DNA of 64,000 nucleotides. Origin: the human T2T-CHM13v2.0 reference genome, Homo sapiens. This document shows, one piece after another, positions 14,771 through 28,847 of the stretch (the first letter of the stretch is position 1; each line of letters starts with the position of its first letter). The notes below the pieces were generated by a model. That model did not search any database. It was given only the letters and a program-made list of their open reading frames with translations, and was not told where the DNA came from. A program made the position numbers and the translations under genes. The stretch lies in contig CP068257.2 in the NCBI GenBank assembly GCA_009914755.4, positions 30,560,001 through 30,624,000 of the forward strand, written 5' to 3'.

Positions 14771-15055
14771 TTTTTTTTTTTTTTTTTTTTTTTTGAGACA
14801 GAGTCTCACTCTGTCTCCCAGGCTGGAGTGCAGTGGCTCGATCTCGGCTCACTGCAAGCTCCGCCTCCCGAGTTCACACCACTCTCCTGCCTCAGCCTCC
14901 TGAGTAGCTGGGACTACAGGCGCCTGCCACCACGCCCGGCTAATTTTTTGTATTTTTAGTAGAGACGGGGTTTCACCGTGTTAGCCAGGGTGGTCTCAAA
15001 CTCCTGACCTTGTGATCTGCCCGCTCGGCCTCCCAAAGTGCTGGGACTACAGGCG
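14771..15055 (-). mobile_element. Alu SINE (AluY-like), minus orientation, long poly-T; the 5' end of the element (right side on + strand) is truncated
   Basis: ttttttttttttttttttttttttgagacagagtctcactctgtctcccaggctggagtgcagtggctcgatctcggctcactgcaagctccgcctcccgagttcacaccactctcctgcctcagcctcctgagtagctgggactacaggcgcctgccaccacgcccggctaatttttt...gggactacaggcg, then non-Alu sequence (aattcatcc). Confidence 0.9.
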
Positions 15056-17796
15056 AATTCATCCTTCTTATCTGTCTCATTCTCCCTGCTCCCTCATTCC
15101 TAGTTTCTGGGATCATATTGCAGATAGAGCACCTGCAATGAAAACAAACCCCATTTTCATTTTTCCCCCACCCCTACTTAAATCCAGCCTGCACAGCCTC
15201 ACCATTTGAATAAAATCTAAGACAAATCCAATGATCTCTGTGTGTGTTTTGGGGGTGGAGAGGGTCTTTATTAAGTAATTTAAAAGCTTCTTGGCCATCT
15301 AAAATAAGAAAAAATGACTTGTTTCAGTGTTAAAATCTCCAGATCTACCTAATGATATGTATTTTACTTAAATTTAGAGCTCCACCTTCTCTGACTGTCC
15401 CATTCTGGGCCGGTTGGCTGCCTGAGGGGGTTGGCAGCTCAGCCTTGCGTTTTCTGCTTTCTACTCTCAGCTTGTTAAGCAAGGTTGCTGGCCCCTTCAG
15501 GATGGGAGAAAGGAGAGGTAAGGTTCAAGCGAGCAAGAAAGGTCAGATTTGCCATAAGATGGCCAAGCTGCTTCTGGGCTGGATAGGGGGGTTTGAGAGA
15601 CCCCCCCATTCCAGTCGTTCTTGGGGTTTTTCTCACCTGCAATTCTCTTGATACTGGCCAATGCCTTTCCCTGGCTGGCCACTCCTTGTTTTCCCTTCAG
15701 CTCCTGGGAATCCAGTGGTCCCCCCATCCACTGTAGTCACCAGGTCCTCCAGGCCAAACTCAGAATTCAGATGACCCCTCTCATGTGGTCCCATCTGACT
15801 CAGTCTCACTTTTAGATTTTTTTAAGTGTGATTCAGGCACCACCTAATAGGTCTCCACAGGCTCTTGGAGACTTGCATCAGGGACCCCTGGAAACCCCTT
15901 TCCCTAGGCTGGGGGTGAAGGAAAAGTATTTTCCATCCCTTCCATGTGTGTTAGGGTGTATATTGGGTGAGGGGGGATTACTCTGACAGCTCTCTCCAAA
16001 AGGACTCATCTAATCTCCAACTCCCTAGACTTCTACAGTCTCTTTGTATAGACTGGAGCCGGGTGGTCAGTTAAGAGCAAAATCTCATTATTGGATTCTC
16101 CATTGCAAGTCCTGCTTGGCGGCCTCTTTCCTCACTTTGAAATGTGGGATTCATCAGCCTCTTTTGTCTTGGAGTTTTAGCTTAAATGGAGGGAAAAAGC
16201 ATCCTATTTTAACATCCTGTTACACATAATACACAACTTGGTTCAGCACTAAATAACATTTACATGGTTGTAATAATGTAAACACTGAAGACTGATTTAA
16301 CAAAAAATGATGATGGCACCGTAACGGGAGATGGGCAGAAGGATGAGAGAGCCGCAGCTTCATCTACCAAGTGTGAAAGTCAAGGCTCTGAACTGCAAAC
16401 AGCAGACTTTCCCTGACTAATGAAAGCAGGAAATGAGGTTATTAAAGGAGATCAGGTCACTCTCCAGCATCTTAAGGAACAATGCCCAGCCACACTGCGG
16501 GCTGCTCTGTGAATGCCCCGCTGTCTCTAGTGCCCAGCACCCACACTACACCTGATACATCACACCACTGATGCCTGGGACCATATACCAGAGGCTCTAC
16601 CCGTTCAGTTTCACAAACGCCAAACTGTGAGCCACCCACCACGGCTGCCAGAAGATTCCTTCCCCTGCACGCCCCTTTCCTCATGGGCTTACTTTGGGAT
16701 CAAAATCTTAATAAGGGGCATCTGATTGATGAAGTCTAAATTCCACGCCTGCGACCCAGCTGTAATGTAATGACACATTTTTTTATGACTTCTATCTTGG
16801 GAACTCAGGAAATTACCAGAATACGAGGCGTGTTCAAAAAATGTTGAGCTTCTACAAGTAACAAATATCTGCTTCAGGAAGTCAACAGATAATGAGGAAA
16901 ATGGATAAATGCAAAAATTGCAGATAAGCATCTCGTCTAGAAAGATAATGGTAAATACCAAAAGAAACAGCTCAGGGTTGAAAGTCCTGAAAAGAAGGAT
17001 GAGGGGAGACGATGGTGGGTCAAGGGCAGATGTTTTTTACATAAGTCGTTGGGAAATGTTAAATTTTTTTATACCATGCACATGTGATACCCTGATAAAT
17101 ATAAAATTGAGAAAGGGGTCACTTTCATAAGCATCAGATTTTAAAGGTACTGCACCTCAGGTACTGCAGTCCAGCTGGCCTGGTACAGCCGCTTGCCAGG
17201 ATATCTGGCATGTTGCCATATCATGCATTTTCTGCTAATCTGCCTGCAGCTGTCTACGGTGGAGGGGCTGCAGCCTCTCTTGCTAACAGTTCAACACTGG
17301 CATAAATGGGGAAACAGATTGGTTTGTTGGAATTTTTTGGTTTCTTCTTTTCTTTTTCTTTTTTTTTTGGGTTATCCACCATAAATATAAAGGTCTTGTT
17401 GAAACTTTAAAAATTATAATACCAAGTTCACCAAACATCTATTAATGCAGGATATTACATTTTACAAGGCTGCGCTTTCAAAAACAGACCAGAGAGTCCA
17501 GTGGACCTCTTGGCCTCCTGGGCCCAGGGTCTACTTCATGGGCAAGGGATCTGTGCAATGGCATAGGGGCCTATGCTCAAGCTTGGTTTAATGTTTAATG
17601 CTTGGTATTGCTGTCTGGAAATCCTTAATGATGTTTGAACAAGGCACGCTGCATTTTCATTTGGCACTGGGTCCTGCAAAATATGTAGCCAGTCCTGCAT
17701 GGACCTCAAAGTCCAGCACCAAATGTAGGCATAAACACACAGGTCTCATTAGTCAAGCTTTAGTGTACTTCTTTTCTCCTGCTTCCTCATCTGCCT

Positions 17797-17818
17797 TTCG
17801 TCTCTCTCTCTCTCTCTG
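17797..17818. repeat. (CT)n dinucleotide repeat, short
   Basis: ctttcgtctctctctctctctctgag. Confidence 0.8.
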
Positions 17819-17882
17819 AGACTCTTAACTTGGGGACTCCACAAACTGCAGACAAACATTTCTGTGGACATGTGAATGTGAA

Positions 17883-18308
17883 TAACATGGTTTGGATCTG
17901 TGTCCCCACCAAATCTCTTGTCGAATTCTAATCCCCAGTGTTGGAGGTAGGGCCTGGTGGGAGGTGACTGGACCATGGGGGTGGATTTCTAATGAATGGT
18001 TTAGAACCATCCCCTTGGCTCTGATCTCAGGACAATGAGTGAGTTCTCATGAGATCTGGTTGTTTAAAAATATGAGACCTCCCCCCTCTCTTGCCCTTGC
18101 TTCTGCTTTGGCCATATGAGGTGCCTGCTCCCCCTTCACCTTCCACCATGATTGTAAGTTTCCTGAGGCTTTCCCAGAAGCTGAGCAGATGCCAACACCA
18201 TGCTTCCTATACAGCCTACAGAACCATGAGCCAATTAAACCTCTTTTCTTTATAAATTACCCAGTCCAAGCTATTTCTTTATAGCAATATGAGAATGGAC
18301 TAATACAG
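17883..18308 (+). mobile_element. ERVL-MaLR solo LTR, MSTA-like
   Basis: catggtttggatctgtgtccccaccaaatctcttgtcgaattctaatccccagtgttggaggtagggcctggtgggaggtgactggaccatggggg...ccaccatgattgtaagtttcctgaggctttcccagaagctgagcagatgccaacaccatgcttcctatacagcctacagaaccatgagccaattaaacctcttttctttataaattacccagtc...ggactaatacag. Confidence 0.85.
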
Positions 18309-19157
18309 TGCATTTTTCGGGAAAGAGTATCTCCTTAGCCTTTATCAGGTTCTCAAAAGTGCTGTGGCCTCCAAAATTTGAGAACCACCAATTTACAGGA
18401 GCTTTGGCCTTCTAGTTTCTCTTTAACTACTCAGCATAAATGTGGATGTCATCCTATGTCACCTCCAAGCCTTATTGATAGCAGGTGGCACATAAATGAT
18501 AACTACATGGAGTGTTCACTGAGTAGGCGGAGCCAGGTCCTTGCATTTCTCATCACCAGGTGTCCCTCCCAAAGGAGAAGACTGCACCAAACAGTGGGCA
18601 AACCTCCTTTGTTTAAAATGGCTAGAAATGGTATAATCACTAGTCAAACTCTCTCCTGAGATCAAAAAGCAGTTGCTTGAAAGCAAAGTTCTCGCAGTAG
18701 CTCTCTATCTAGAAGGAGGCATTTTATTTATGTAAGGAAGTCACCTAAAAGAAAATTCATTTGTTATGGTGTGGCTTTAAGAGTTACTTACTTTTAATGG
18801 AATCCCCCAGATAATAATAAATTCTGAAAAAAAAAAAAATCAGAATCATGGCATGTTAAAACTGGATACATTCCTAGAAATAGATGGAAACTGCTCTTGC
18901 AAAAAGCTTAGCACATGTTAAAGCATTTTAGAAACAATTTGCCAAAGTTTATTTAGTCTAGTGATTTTGACAGGTTAAATGGACCCTTTGAGATCTTTTT
19001 TCCTCAAGTACAAAGGCTCACTTGCTTAATGAACACAGTCCCAGAAAAGCAGGGGGCTGAACCTTGGCTCTACCATCTTACCTAAGATTCTAGAGTTAGC
19101 AAAGGGTTTCCACAAGCCCAAATTATTATGTTTAATCTTTTCAATTATCTGTGAAGC

Positions 19158-19236
19158 ATTAGGTTGGTGCAAAAGTAACTGCAGGTTTTGACATTAAAAC
19201 TGGCAAAAACTGCAATAACTTTTGCACCAACATAAG
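19158..19236. mobile_element. MADE1 (Hsmar1 mariner-derived miniature inverted-repeat element), about 80 bp palindrome
   Basis: ttaggttggtgcaaaagtaactgcaggttttgacattaaaactggcaaaaactgcaataacttttgcaccaacataa matches the MADE1 consensus ttaggttggtgcaaaagtaattgcggtttttgccattaaaagtaatggcaaaaaccgcaattacttttgcaccaacctaa, including both terminal inverted repeats. Confidence 0.85.
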
Positions 19237-19267
19237 AACACTATCCCCATTGTTCAGGTAAAGAAAT

Positions 19268-19645
19268 TGATATGGTTTTGCTGTGTTCCCACCCAAATCT
19301 CACCTTGAATTGTAGTCCCCATAATCCTCATGTGTGATGGGAGGGGCCCACTGGGAGGTAATTGAATCATGGGGGCGGTTACCCTAGTGCTGCTGTTCTC
19401 ATCATAGTGAGTGAGTTCTCATGAGATCCGATGGTTTTTTAAGGGGCTTTCCCCACTTTTGCTCATTCTTCTACTTCCTGCCACTACATGCAGAAGGACA
19501 TGTCTGCTTCCCCTTCCACCATGATCGTAAGTTTCCTGAGGCCTCCGCAACCCTGTGGAACTGTGAGTCAATTAAACCTCTTTCCTTTACAAATTACCTA
19601 GTCTTGGGTACGTCTTTATAGCAGCAGGAGAATGGACTAATACAG
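19268..19645 (+). mobile_element. ERVL-MaLR solo LTR, THE1-like
   Basis: tgatatggttttgctgtgttcccacccaaatctcaccttgaattgtagtccccataatcctcatgtgtgatgggaggggcccactgggaggtaattgaatcatgggggcggttaccc...ccaccatgatcgtaagtttcctgaggcctccgcaaccctgtggaactgtgagtcaattaaacctctttcctttacaaattacctagtcttggg...ggactaatacag. Confidence 0.87.
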
Positions 19646-19824
19646 AAATCAAAACTCAGAGAAGTTGTATAACATGCTCAAGGCCAAGAATGCAGCAGGA
19701 TGAACAGAGTTGTTGGACTCTGAATCAAGTGCTCCTTTCACTACCAGTGACAGTGATGCTTTCCCCAAATAGCTTCTCTGCAAAGTCTCTGCTGAATGGC
19801 TTCATAGGGAGGTGCTGGCACTCA

Positions 19825-20025
19825 CTTCTTAGCTGTGTGATCTTAGGCAAGTTACTTAACCTTTTCTTGCCTGTTTCTTCATGCTTACAATGGGAATAAT
19901 AATAATCTCCATCTCACAGAATTATTGTGAGGATTAAATGAGTTGTTATTTGTACAACCGTATTTTAAAAGGCCCTAGCTTATAGTAGGCACCATGGTGT
20001 TGTCATTATTAATAATACTATTATT
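19825..20025 (+). mobile_element. MIR (mammalian-wide interspersed repeat) SINE fragment
   Basis: ctgtgtgatcttaggcaagttacttaaccttttcttgcctgtttcttcatgcttacaatgggaataataataatctccatctcacagaattattgtgaggattaaatgagttgttatttgtacaaccgtattttaaaaggccctagcttatagtaggcaccatggtgttgtcattattaataat matches the MIR core (gcaagtcacttaacctctctgagcctcagtttcctcatctgtaaaatgggg...agggttgttgtgaggattaaatgag...gcacttagcacagtgcctggcacatagtaagc). Confidence 0.8.
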
Positions 20026-20713
20026 ACCCTTATAGCTCATCAGTATTGGAAATTACTTGATTTGCACACTTGGATACCTAGAAAGGCTAAACTCTTCATC
20101 TCTAGCAGCCATTTGTGCTGATTTTGTGAGTTGCCTCAAGTGTCCTCATGCATTTTCAACAGTCGAGAAGGGCTTCAGGCTGACGGTGTGCATCAGATGG
20201 GATCAGTGTATTTTAATGTGCCTCCTCCCCATTGCCCCCCATCTGCATATTGAACATTGACTTTATGATGTCATGAGCACAAAGGTCCCTTGAAAATTAA
20301 ATTCATTGTTCACTTGGAACAGTGTCGGGGGAGCAGGAATGTTTGTGCTGACAACTCGGGGCGTTAACAGTTTCATAACTGTAAGGGAGAAGACAAATAG
20401 TGTAACCCACTCATTGTTAATAGAGGCATTAAAAGGTGGATGGACTTCTATTCCTATAAAGGTGACTTTTAAATTCATATGCAATCTGCTGCCTTTTTAT
20501 CACATCACCATTCTTGCCTTCCTTCTGACCAAACCATGAGTGTGGGGTTTATCCTCATCTCCTACTCAGCCCATTTTCTTCTCTTCCATTAATAAAATAA
20601 ATTCTGGAAAAAAAATACTTTCCTGAGTCTGCCTCCGAAATAACTCTCAGGTCATCTTGATAGCCCTGTGCCAAGCCAGTCACCAGTCCACAAAAGCCAA
20701 CCAATAGGCAAGA

Positions 20714-21015
<302 letters not shown>

Positions 21016-22309
21016 GCAGGATTATTAATTGGAGAAAGGAGGAAAGGGGAAACATGTAACTGTTCCACCAAATCATGCCTCTCTCTTCTTTCTCTTTCTG
21101 AATTTCAATCGGGAAATGACATGCATCCCCTGCCAGCTGTATTACTTAACTGCCACCTCAGACACCATCTCCTAATGAGAGGCTGTTTCGGAAGATGGCT
21201 ATCACCTCCTTATGATTCTGTTTCCAAGATCCCAAAAGACAGATTAGCTCAGTGTCCTCCCTGCCACCACTGAGTTACAATCTGAGAGAAACCCTAGGCA
21301 TGCAACCCATGATGGAAGTCTTAGGAGAGGCTCTGTTTTGAACTAGAGATTAGAAACTTCTCATTGGTAGTTTCTGGTTCCTCTCACTGACCATTAGGCC
21401 AGACATTTCCATGATGGACTTCATAATCATGCAAGCTGCAATAGCAAAAATAGAATGAAAAGAAAATGACCAGAATGCTGCATACAAAGGGCACAGCCCA
21501 AATTACATAATTTTGTTCCCATCTGCATTGAGAGAATTACTGCATTTTTCAGAGACTAAATATCTAAAACCCAAGACTCCATTTTCTCCCCTCTCAGGCC
21601 TCTCCCCAGGCCCATACCCTATCTCTCCCCTGGCACTCTGATTTTGATGCAATGAATGCATTTGAGGGACTACATGATAAATAAGAAGTTTTTGGTATGA
21701 TAGAAAGTCTAAAATTAATAATGCCTTTTTACCAGCAGTGACTATGGGCTGATGATGCTACTCGTGAAATAAACCTGGTGGAGAGAGGCAGGACAGAGGT
21801 GAGTTAAGTCAGAGAGGAGAGGTTTACATCAAGGCAACCCAGTATGCTTTTTATTTGAATAACTGGGTGGCTTCCTCTTACGTAAAGTTGTTACTCAGAT
21901 TACCAGGAGAATTTGAAGAGTGTCAAATGCAGCACAATCAGAAGGCATGACTTTAATGTGTCCTGAAAACGCAGTCATGCCTCCGTCCTCCTACTTCTCG
22001 TGGTTGGCAGGAACCTGTAGCAGCTCACTGCCTCCATCCTGTCCCTGAATGCCCTAGACTTTGCATTCTCAGCTGCAAGGGTCTACATTTTATCCAGCCA
22101 TGAAGAATGCTGTCAAAGAAGGAGCTGGAGAAGTCAGACTCTCATACCTGCACCTCCAGGAGGGCTGAAACTGAAGGGGGAAGTAGGGGTGCTGCTCAGG
22201 TGTGCCGTGACTGAGGACACAGGACAGGGGCCCTTCTGGGTTTGGATGCTGGTGATCCTTCTCCAGCTGCTGTTTCAAGAGTGCATCAGGTCCCCAAGCT
22301 TTCACCTAT

Positions 22310-22668
22310 TGATATGGTTTGGCTGTGTCCCCACCCAAATCTCACCTTGAATTATAATAATCCCCACATGTCAAGGTGGGGGCCAGGTGGAGATAATTGA
22401 ATCATGGGGGCAGTTTCCCTCATACTGTTCTCAAGGTAGTGAAAAAGTCTAATGAGAGTTGACGCTTTTATAAGTGGGAGTTTCCCCTGCACAAGCTCTC
22501 TTGCTCATCACAGTGTAAGAAGTCCCTTTGCTCTTCCTTTGTCTTCCTCCATGATTGTGAGGCCTCCCCAGCCATGTGGAACTGTGAGTCCATTAAACCT
22601 CTTTCCTTTATAAATTACCCAGTCTCGGGTATATCTTTATTAGTAGCATGAGAACAGGCTAATACAAT
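22310..22668 (+). mobile_element. ERVL-MaLR solo LTR, THE1B-like
   Basis: tgatatggtttggctgtgtccccacccaaatctcaccttgaattataataatccccacatgtcaaggtgggggccaggtggagataattgaatcatgggggcagtttccc...cctccatgattgtgaggcctccccagccatgtggaactgtgagtccattaaacctctttcctttataaattacccagtctcgggtatatctttattagtagcatgagaacaggctaatacaa. Near-consensus THE1B; ends in TG...CA. Confidence 0.9.
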
Positions 22669-25600
22669 TATCAAGCTTGTAGAAAAGACCAGATCAGATA
22701 ACTGGGGCTGGGGAGCAACTACTTTCAAACATTGTTGCTGGGAGTGTGAATTGGTACAACCTTTAAGGTGGGCAACTCAGCCATATCTAACCAAATTTTA
22801 AAAAAATGCACATACCCTTTGGCCATCCCCCTTCTGGGGTTTAATCCTGTAGATAGGTTTATACATATACAAAATATAACATTACCGAGATATTCACTGA
22901 AATATTGTTTGGAAAGAGATTGGAAACAATCCAAATGTCCGTCACTAAATGGCTGATTGTATGAATGACAACACATAGATAGACAAAAGGAAATTAACAC
23001 TGTTATTAAAAAGAAGAATCAGCACTGTACATTCTGACATACAATTCACTTCATGATAATATAAAGTAAAAAAAGAAAGTGCAAAATACTGTGTATAATA
23101 TGCTACTCTTTGGACAAAGTGTACTTTATGTACATATATGCTTGTTTATGCACGGAATACCTCTGGAAATATCCACAAGAAACTGATTAACTACAGTTCC
23201 TTCTAGGGAGGAGAAACCAGTGGCTGGGAGATGGGAGAAGAGAGTCTTTCTGCACTGTGTACCCTTTTCTACCTTTCAACGTGTGGATCATATTCAAGTG
23301 TTAATTTTTTGACTGAAAAAGAAATTAGCTATAAACAGCATTATAAAGACTATTACCAGGAACTCTTCTAACGTTCTCAGGGTCAGAAGTCCAAAATCAG
23401 TCTCATGAGGTTAATGTCAAGGTGTCAGCAAGTCTTGTTCCTTCTGGAATCTCTATGGGACAAGAGGCTCCCTGCATTCCTTGGCTTGTGGCCACATCAC
23501 CCTGACCTCTGCTTCTGTGCTCACATCTCCTCTCTGACTCTGACCCTCCTGACTCCCTCTTATCAAGATCCTTGTGGTTACATTGGGATCTTGGGTAAAC
23601 CGGGATAATGAACAGATTCTGGGAATTCTAGGACTGAATATCTTTGGGGGTTCATTATTCAGTCTACCACAGGGGGTATGGGAGGAAACACTCCTGTTCT
23701 CTCTTCATTCCATTTCCCCTGTCCCCTAGGAAACCAGAGTAGACACTCTGACATCCACCAGCCAGTGCTCCCCAGTGGAGGGATTGCTGTGTTAAAGGCT
23801 GTGGTCCCTCACTCCCATGGTGCCCACGCCCTTGACCCCACACCCCACCTCTCTTCTCTGAGGAACATAGCTATCAGGTCCACCTTGGAGGCCAGAAACC
23901 CCCATTCTCAGATGGGACATGAGAGGATCCACCACATTCCTCAGGAGGTTGATTCAGAGCTCCACATCTTGGCAGTTGGTGGGGTCTCATCTAGAGAGTG
24001 CATTGGACCTAGAAAATTCTGACAAAGTCACTTCCTTTGGCAAGAACCTTGGAGAGGCGAGAGCTGGGATGCAGACGGGTTGCAAGGGTCCCAGTCAGGA
24101 AGGTTTGGTGCTGCGCTTTCCAAACTTTTATACATATGTATGGTTGACTAGTGATCTTGTTATTATTTTTCTTCCATGAGCTCTTGGGTTTTAAAAGCTT
24201 TTTGTCTTCTTAACCATCTACATTTAGTAAGTAGTAGCCTATATGTTCTAATCACAGATTAAGGCATAATTTCCATTAAACTTTTAAAAATCTTGAAAAG
24301 AAGCACACAACTCCCATTACCATATTTCAAAATAAACCCTTGACAGTCTCTGGAGTCCAGATTGGAAAACAAGGATACAGAAATAACAGCAATGACAATA
24401 GCAATGTTACCTACAGCACAAGGAGCTCTGGGCTGAGGGACAGGATACCTGCAGCCCGGCCCTTGCCCTGCCACTCACTCACTGTGCCAAGCTAAGAAAT
24501 GACTCACCTGCCCAGTGATCACAAGCCCCAGCCCCGGAGCCTCTGGTTTAACTGGGCCAGGGTGGGATTCCCCCAGGTAAGTCCAGTGTGAGTCAAGACC
24601 ACTGGCTGGACAGGGTCTAGCTGCCCCAGAGAACACTCCAGGCTGAGTCTCCCGGAGCCAAGGGGACAAACTCAGGACTCTGTGAGAGGGAGGGCAATGG
24701 GACGGGGACATAAGCAAGCCAAGCTGCACCCAGGGCCTGTGAATGTTGACATCTTGTGGGCTCAGGCCACCTGGTGAGGCTAAGCAGGAGAGTGCTTGGC
24801 TGTTCTGACACTGTTCATTAAGCCAGGGACAGACAGAGACTAACGTGATTTAAAAGCCTCCAAAAGACACACTGCAAATCAGGGTCACAGCAAGGGCCAG
24901 CCAGCAGCCAGCTCAGGCTTGCCCTCTCTCCCTCTCAACCCTCCTTTCCCCCTGCACTCACCTTGTCTGAGCCAAATTGTTTTTCCACCAAAATTTACAG
25001 GGGTAGCACTGTGGGGAAACATTTGGGAGAGATCTCCGGCTGTGACCCACTGTTAAAAGCATCTCCACTGGCTATTGCTAAACAGAAAAGATTGTGGCTT
25101 CCCAGCAAGGCTGATTTCCCAGAAAACAGCCCTGGTAGGCCAAGGGGTAGGAACGCGAGGTAAGTGCTTATCTCCATGTGCTGATGTTCACTAGGGAAGC
25201 CAGGGACGGTCAGGATATCTCACCCCAGCTGAAATCAGATGACAAGCTGGTATCCATCTCAGAGGGAGCTCTAGAGGACAAGCAGAGGCAGGCTGAACAT
25301 AGGTATCTTCTTTTTGTTGAAACACAAAGATAGCCGCTGCCTTTCTTTCTTGCCCTCTTACTCATAATTTTGTCCTGGAGAGGATCAGGAGGAGCCTCCC
25401 TGGATTATTCCAATTAGTCATTAGTCACTTGTTTCTCTGGTATGGGATAATCTGGTTCTATGATTACAGTGACCTAGAGTACCTGAACCAAAAACTGAGA
25501 GGCACATTTTAGTAAAAATTATTTTGGTGGGAGGTTTTTCCCACTATTTGTCATTCTATGAAAACAAAAAGTTTGCAGGCTAGAATACAAAAATTTAGAT

Positions 25601-27585
25601 CATAACAAAAAGGTCTAACATTCTAAGATGAATTTCTAACACTCTGTGGTGCCATCACCATAAGAAGATGTGGGGGATGTTAGTGGATGTGGTGGACTAA
25701 AGACCTCTAAAACTCCTCTCCTCCATAAAAGCAACAAAAACACTAACCAAAAAAAAGTCAGAATCAAATTTTTCAGAAATTTAGAAATTAACCAAAGGCT
25801 TGCAACAATCTGAGGTGCATTTATTCAGTAACAATGGCTGAATCTTGGTAAAAAAATAGAAAGCTTTGTGGTATTTTAATTTGCCTATTCCCATCCCTTA
25901 CCCGTACCCCCAGATTTGCAGTACTCTGGAAAACCAACAGCCCACAATCGCAGTGAAAAATCTCAAAAACCTAGTCTGACAGCCACTGGAAGGAGAAGAA
26001 CAGTTCTGGAGCCCCCTCAAAGTTCCATTTCCAGAGAACTGTCATCATTCCACCTGTCTACTTTCCTGGAAGACCCCACCAACAATGCTGTCTTTATGTG
26101 ATGTGACTCAGAGCTCTTCCAGTGCAAAAAGCCTTTTCTTCAGAGGATATTTGTCTAAAACAAAGCATCTTGACTGCCTGAGGCAGTAGATAGCAGTTGG
26201 GGCAAATAATAGGCCAACCAAAGAGCTTAAAAGGAAAAGCTGGAGAATGACTTGTTCAAAGAGAGCTTTTAAAAGCTCTGATATATTCCTGTTAATCTAA
26301 AATGCCACATATATGCATAGGACAGTAGGCATGCCCAGAGCTATATCATGCCCAAGAAAGACCTGAGAAGGGCTGGCTGACTTTGAAGCTCTGTGGAAGC
26401 AGGAAGTAAAGGCTAAGGCAGAGTTTTTAACTTCTTGACTGAATGTTAAAGGTGGGCCCCCAATACACATACAGAACCTCTCAGCAAAAATTGGGAGACT
26501 TATTGGTTCCACGTACTTAAGAAATATTTGACTAATTATTAGTGTACCACTAAGCCAAATGAGCAGAGCCTTCAGGGGCCACCTATGACAAAGAAGACAG
26601 ACTTTACATAATTAGTTCAGAAAAATCACTGAACAAACATTTACAAAACAAACAGCAAGAACAAACCCTGGAGAGGGGTGAAGATCTGATTTCCAGAGTT
26701 GTCATATTATATTATGTAAAAATTCCAGTTTTTAATAACAATAAAAAATTATGAGACATACAAAGAAACAAAAAGTATGACCCATACAGGCTGAAAGAAT
26801 CAGTCAAGAAAAACTGTTCCAAAGGAAAAACTAGATATTAGACATACTAGACAAGGACTTTAAACCACCTATTTTAAATATGTTTAAAGAACTGAAGACA
26901 CATCTAAAGAACTAAAGTATGAAAATGATGTTTCACTATATAGAGAATACCAATAAAGAGACAAAAAGAATAAAAACGACCCAAATAGAAATTCTAGAGT
27001 GGAAAGTACAAAAACTGAAATGAAAAAAAATTCACTCAACAGCAGACTTGAGCTGGCAGAAGAAAGAAACAACATACTTGAAAATAAGTTGATTGAGATT
27101 ATTCAGTCTGACTTACAGAAAGAAAAAAGAAGGAAGAAAATTTAACAGAGCATAAAAGACCAACAAATACATAATTGGAATTCCAAAAGTAGTGAAGAGA
27201 GAGAAAGGATCAGAAAGAATAGTTGAAGAAGTAATGGCTGAAAACTTTCCAAATTGGATAAAATACATTTACCCACACATCCAACTAGCTCAACAACCTT
27301 CAGGTAGGATAAACTCAAAGAGACTCACACAGAGACTCATCATGATCCAACTGTCAAAAGATAAAAAGAGAATCTTGAGAGCAGCAAGACAGTAGAGATC
27401 CATCATGTATAAGGGATCCTCAAGAATGTTAACTTTCTCATCAGAATCCATGGAATCGGGAAGGCAAAGGGTGACATATTCAAAATTCTGAAGGAAAAAA
27501 AAACACTATCAACCAATAATTTTACATTCAGCAAAACTATCCTTAAACATGAAGGTGAAATTAAGACATCAAGATAAACAAATAA

Positions 27586-27912
<327 letters not shown>

Positions 27913-28486
27913 TCACTTGCACCTAAACTACAAGAAATACTAAAGGGAATCCTTCCAGCTGAAGTGATAAGACACAAAATAGTAACTCATGAAGAAGCAA
28001 CCACATGAAGAAATAAAAAGCACTGGTGAAGATAACTACGTAGTAAGTATGAAAGACAGAATAAATGTATTCTTCTTTGTGTTTTACTCTTTTTTCTCCA
28101 GATTTAAAAGACAACTGCATGAAGCAATAATTATAAGCCTGTGTTAACAAGTAAACATAATATAAATATGCAATTTGGATAATAAAAGCACAAAGGAGCA
28201 GAGAGGAAATAGAGCTATAATAAAAAGAGTTTTGTATGCCTTTTTAAGTTAGGTTGTTATGAATCCTAGCTTGTCATAAATTAAGATGTTAAATGTAATC
28301 CCTAGGGCAACAAATACGAAAAAACTAAAAAACATACAGTAAAAGAAGGAACAAAGGAACTAAGTTGGTACACTAGAACATGGCTGCTTAACATAAAAGA
28401 AGGGAATAGTGGAGGAATAAAAGAACAAAAAAAGATATAAGACTTACAGAAAACTAATATCGAAATGGTAGAAATAAATCTTATCA

Positions 28487-28768
<282 letters not shown>

Positions 28769-28847
28769 TTACATTAAACATAAATGGATTCACATTCCAA
28801 CCAAAAGAAACAGATTGGCAGAACTAATTCTTAAAAATGCATTATTC

